Shown: piece by piece, positions 62,786-64,000 of the stretch
How the letters are laid out: the number at the start of each line of letters is the position of its first letter
Position numbering within the stretch: position 1 is the first letter of the stretch
From: Pecten maximus
Taxonomy: Eukaryota
Reading direction: 5' to 3'
DNA length: 64,000 nt
Assembly (NCBI RefSeq): GCF_902652985.1
Contig: NC_047027.1
Coordinates: 10,044,001 to 10,108,000 of the forward strand
Made by a program: the position numbers and the translations under genes
Notes under the pieces: model-generated
What the model was told of the DNA's origin: nothing
The model's input: only the letters and a program-made list of their open reading frames with translations
Database searches by the model: none

Positions 62786-63814
62786 AATACACACCGCCCT
62801 CGTTCAGAAAAAAAAAACTTTCCGAGAAAGTCTTCATCAAACTGGAACAATAAACACGACTTCGTGTTTTAATTACACTATGAATGTTTTGGACAGATTG
62901 ACATAATAGTAATATGATGTTTGTAAACTAATTAAAAAAAGCTTCATTCAGCGCACCATCAAATGATTCAGATGATTTGCAACTGAGTTTTGATAAAAAT
63001 CAACCTATATGAACTTATGAACAAAACAAGATATATAAGAAAAAAGAATCTATTATTTTCCAATGCATTTAAATGACACGTTTTAGATTTTAGAAAACAT
63101 ATGTATATAAAAGATCAAAGATACGTCTGAATATATTAAGTTTAGCAAAATAAATGTAGAAATATGTTGACTATGTAAACTACATGTGTATATAAGTTAT
63201 TGAACAAATTGGTACAAGTATTACCAATGATTCCCTCTTTATATCAATCAGCTACACTATAAACAGAGAACTTGAAAGTAGTATGTAGAGAACAGGACTT
63301 TATTCCATTATTGACTGGACAGTTTAGTTATATTCTAGTAAATCATTTGTATAACATACAATAAAATGCCAATAAATCACTGATTATTTTAGAGAGTATC
63401 CTTCATATTTAACATAGAAGTTACTTTTGTTTATGTCATTAAAGATTGCATCACTACATTGTGCATTATTACAATTGAATTTTAGTATTTCAAGTTTACT
63501 TCATTTTAACCTACATGTTTAAAACAGGATTTTTTATTTTGATGTGATACTTACTTAACTTAAAGTTATAATGCAAGCTACAGGTTTGTAGTAAGTTTTA
63601 TCTCTTTAGATTATTATTTTAGATTTAAATAGATATAACATTTGTGTTAACTGATATTTCTTAATTTACAACATTTTCTGTCAAATTTCATTAGAAGCAG
63701 AATCCACATTTTCATTGCAATCACACTATAAGTGTTTTGAAATAAAATCAAATTTGTATTCATATATTAAGTGTATATATATTATTGTTAATAAAACATG
63801 ATTAAATAAAAAAG

Positions 63815-63996
63815 ATGGATTAAGTTATCACTAGCCCTCCACCTCTGGGTTGCGAGTTCGAAACCTACGTGGCGCAGTTGTCATGTACTGAGAGTAGGCC
63901 GGTGGTTTTTCTCCGGGTACTCCGGCTTTCCTCCACCTCCAAATCCTGGCACGTCCTTAAATGACCCTGGCTGTTATAGGATCTTAAACAAACAAA
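63815..63996 (+). mobile_element. tRNA-derived SINE (Meta/V-type central domain)
   Basis: B box GTTCGAAACC (63856), core GGTTTTTCTCCGGGTACTCCGGCTTTCCTCCACC, tail CCTTAAATGACCCTGGCTGTTATAGG shared with the other SINE family. Confidence 0.8.
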
Positions 63997-64000
63997 AGAT

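Overview
AT-rich eukaryotic genomic DNA, most likely from a bivalve mollusc (inferred from the repeat families). Almost the whole window is one + strand multi-exon gene encoding a fibrocystin-L (PKHD1L1)-like protein. I traced 54 GT-AG exons by hand, from inside the second IPT/TIG domain (the gene starts upstream of the window) through PA14, many IPT/TIG repeats, a cupredoxin-like insert, two G8 plus beta-helix (PbH1) regions and a furin site. These are followed by an extra Ig-like module, a SEA-like module (PG/SIVV), a S/T stalk, a TM helix and a ~120 aa cytoplasmic tail. Phases fit everywhere except a +1 frameshift at ~37708-37711 in the first G8 domain; the 3' end also has an ambiguous 37-nt cassette exon. 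The introns hold several non-autonomous Helentron-type (HINE/pearl-like) elements with internal satellite arrays, MITEs (9-bp, TA and 6-bp TSD types), long-hairpin elements, SINE copies, a Tc1 transposase relic and minisatellites. One minisatellite is built from a duplicated splice acceptor. There are no prokaryotic features, CRISPR arrays or rRNA. Family names come from recalled sequence knowledge, not a database search.
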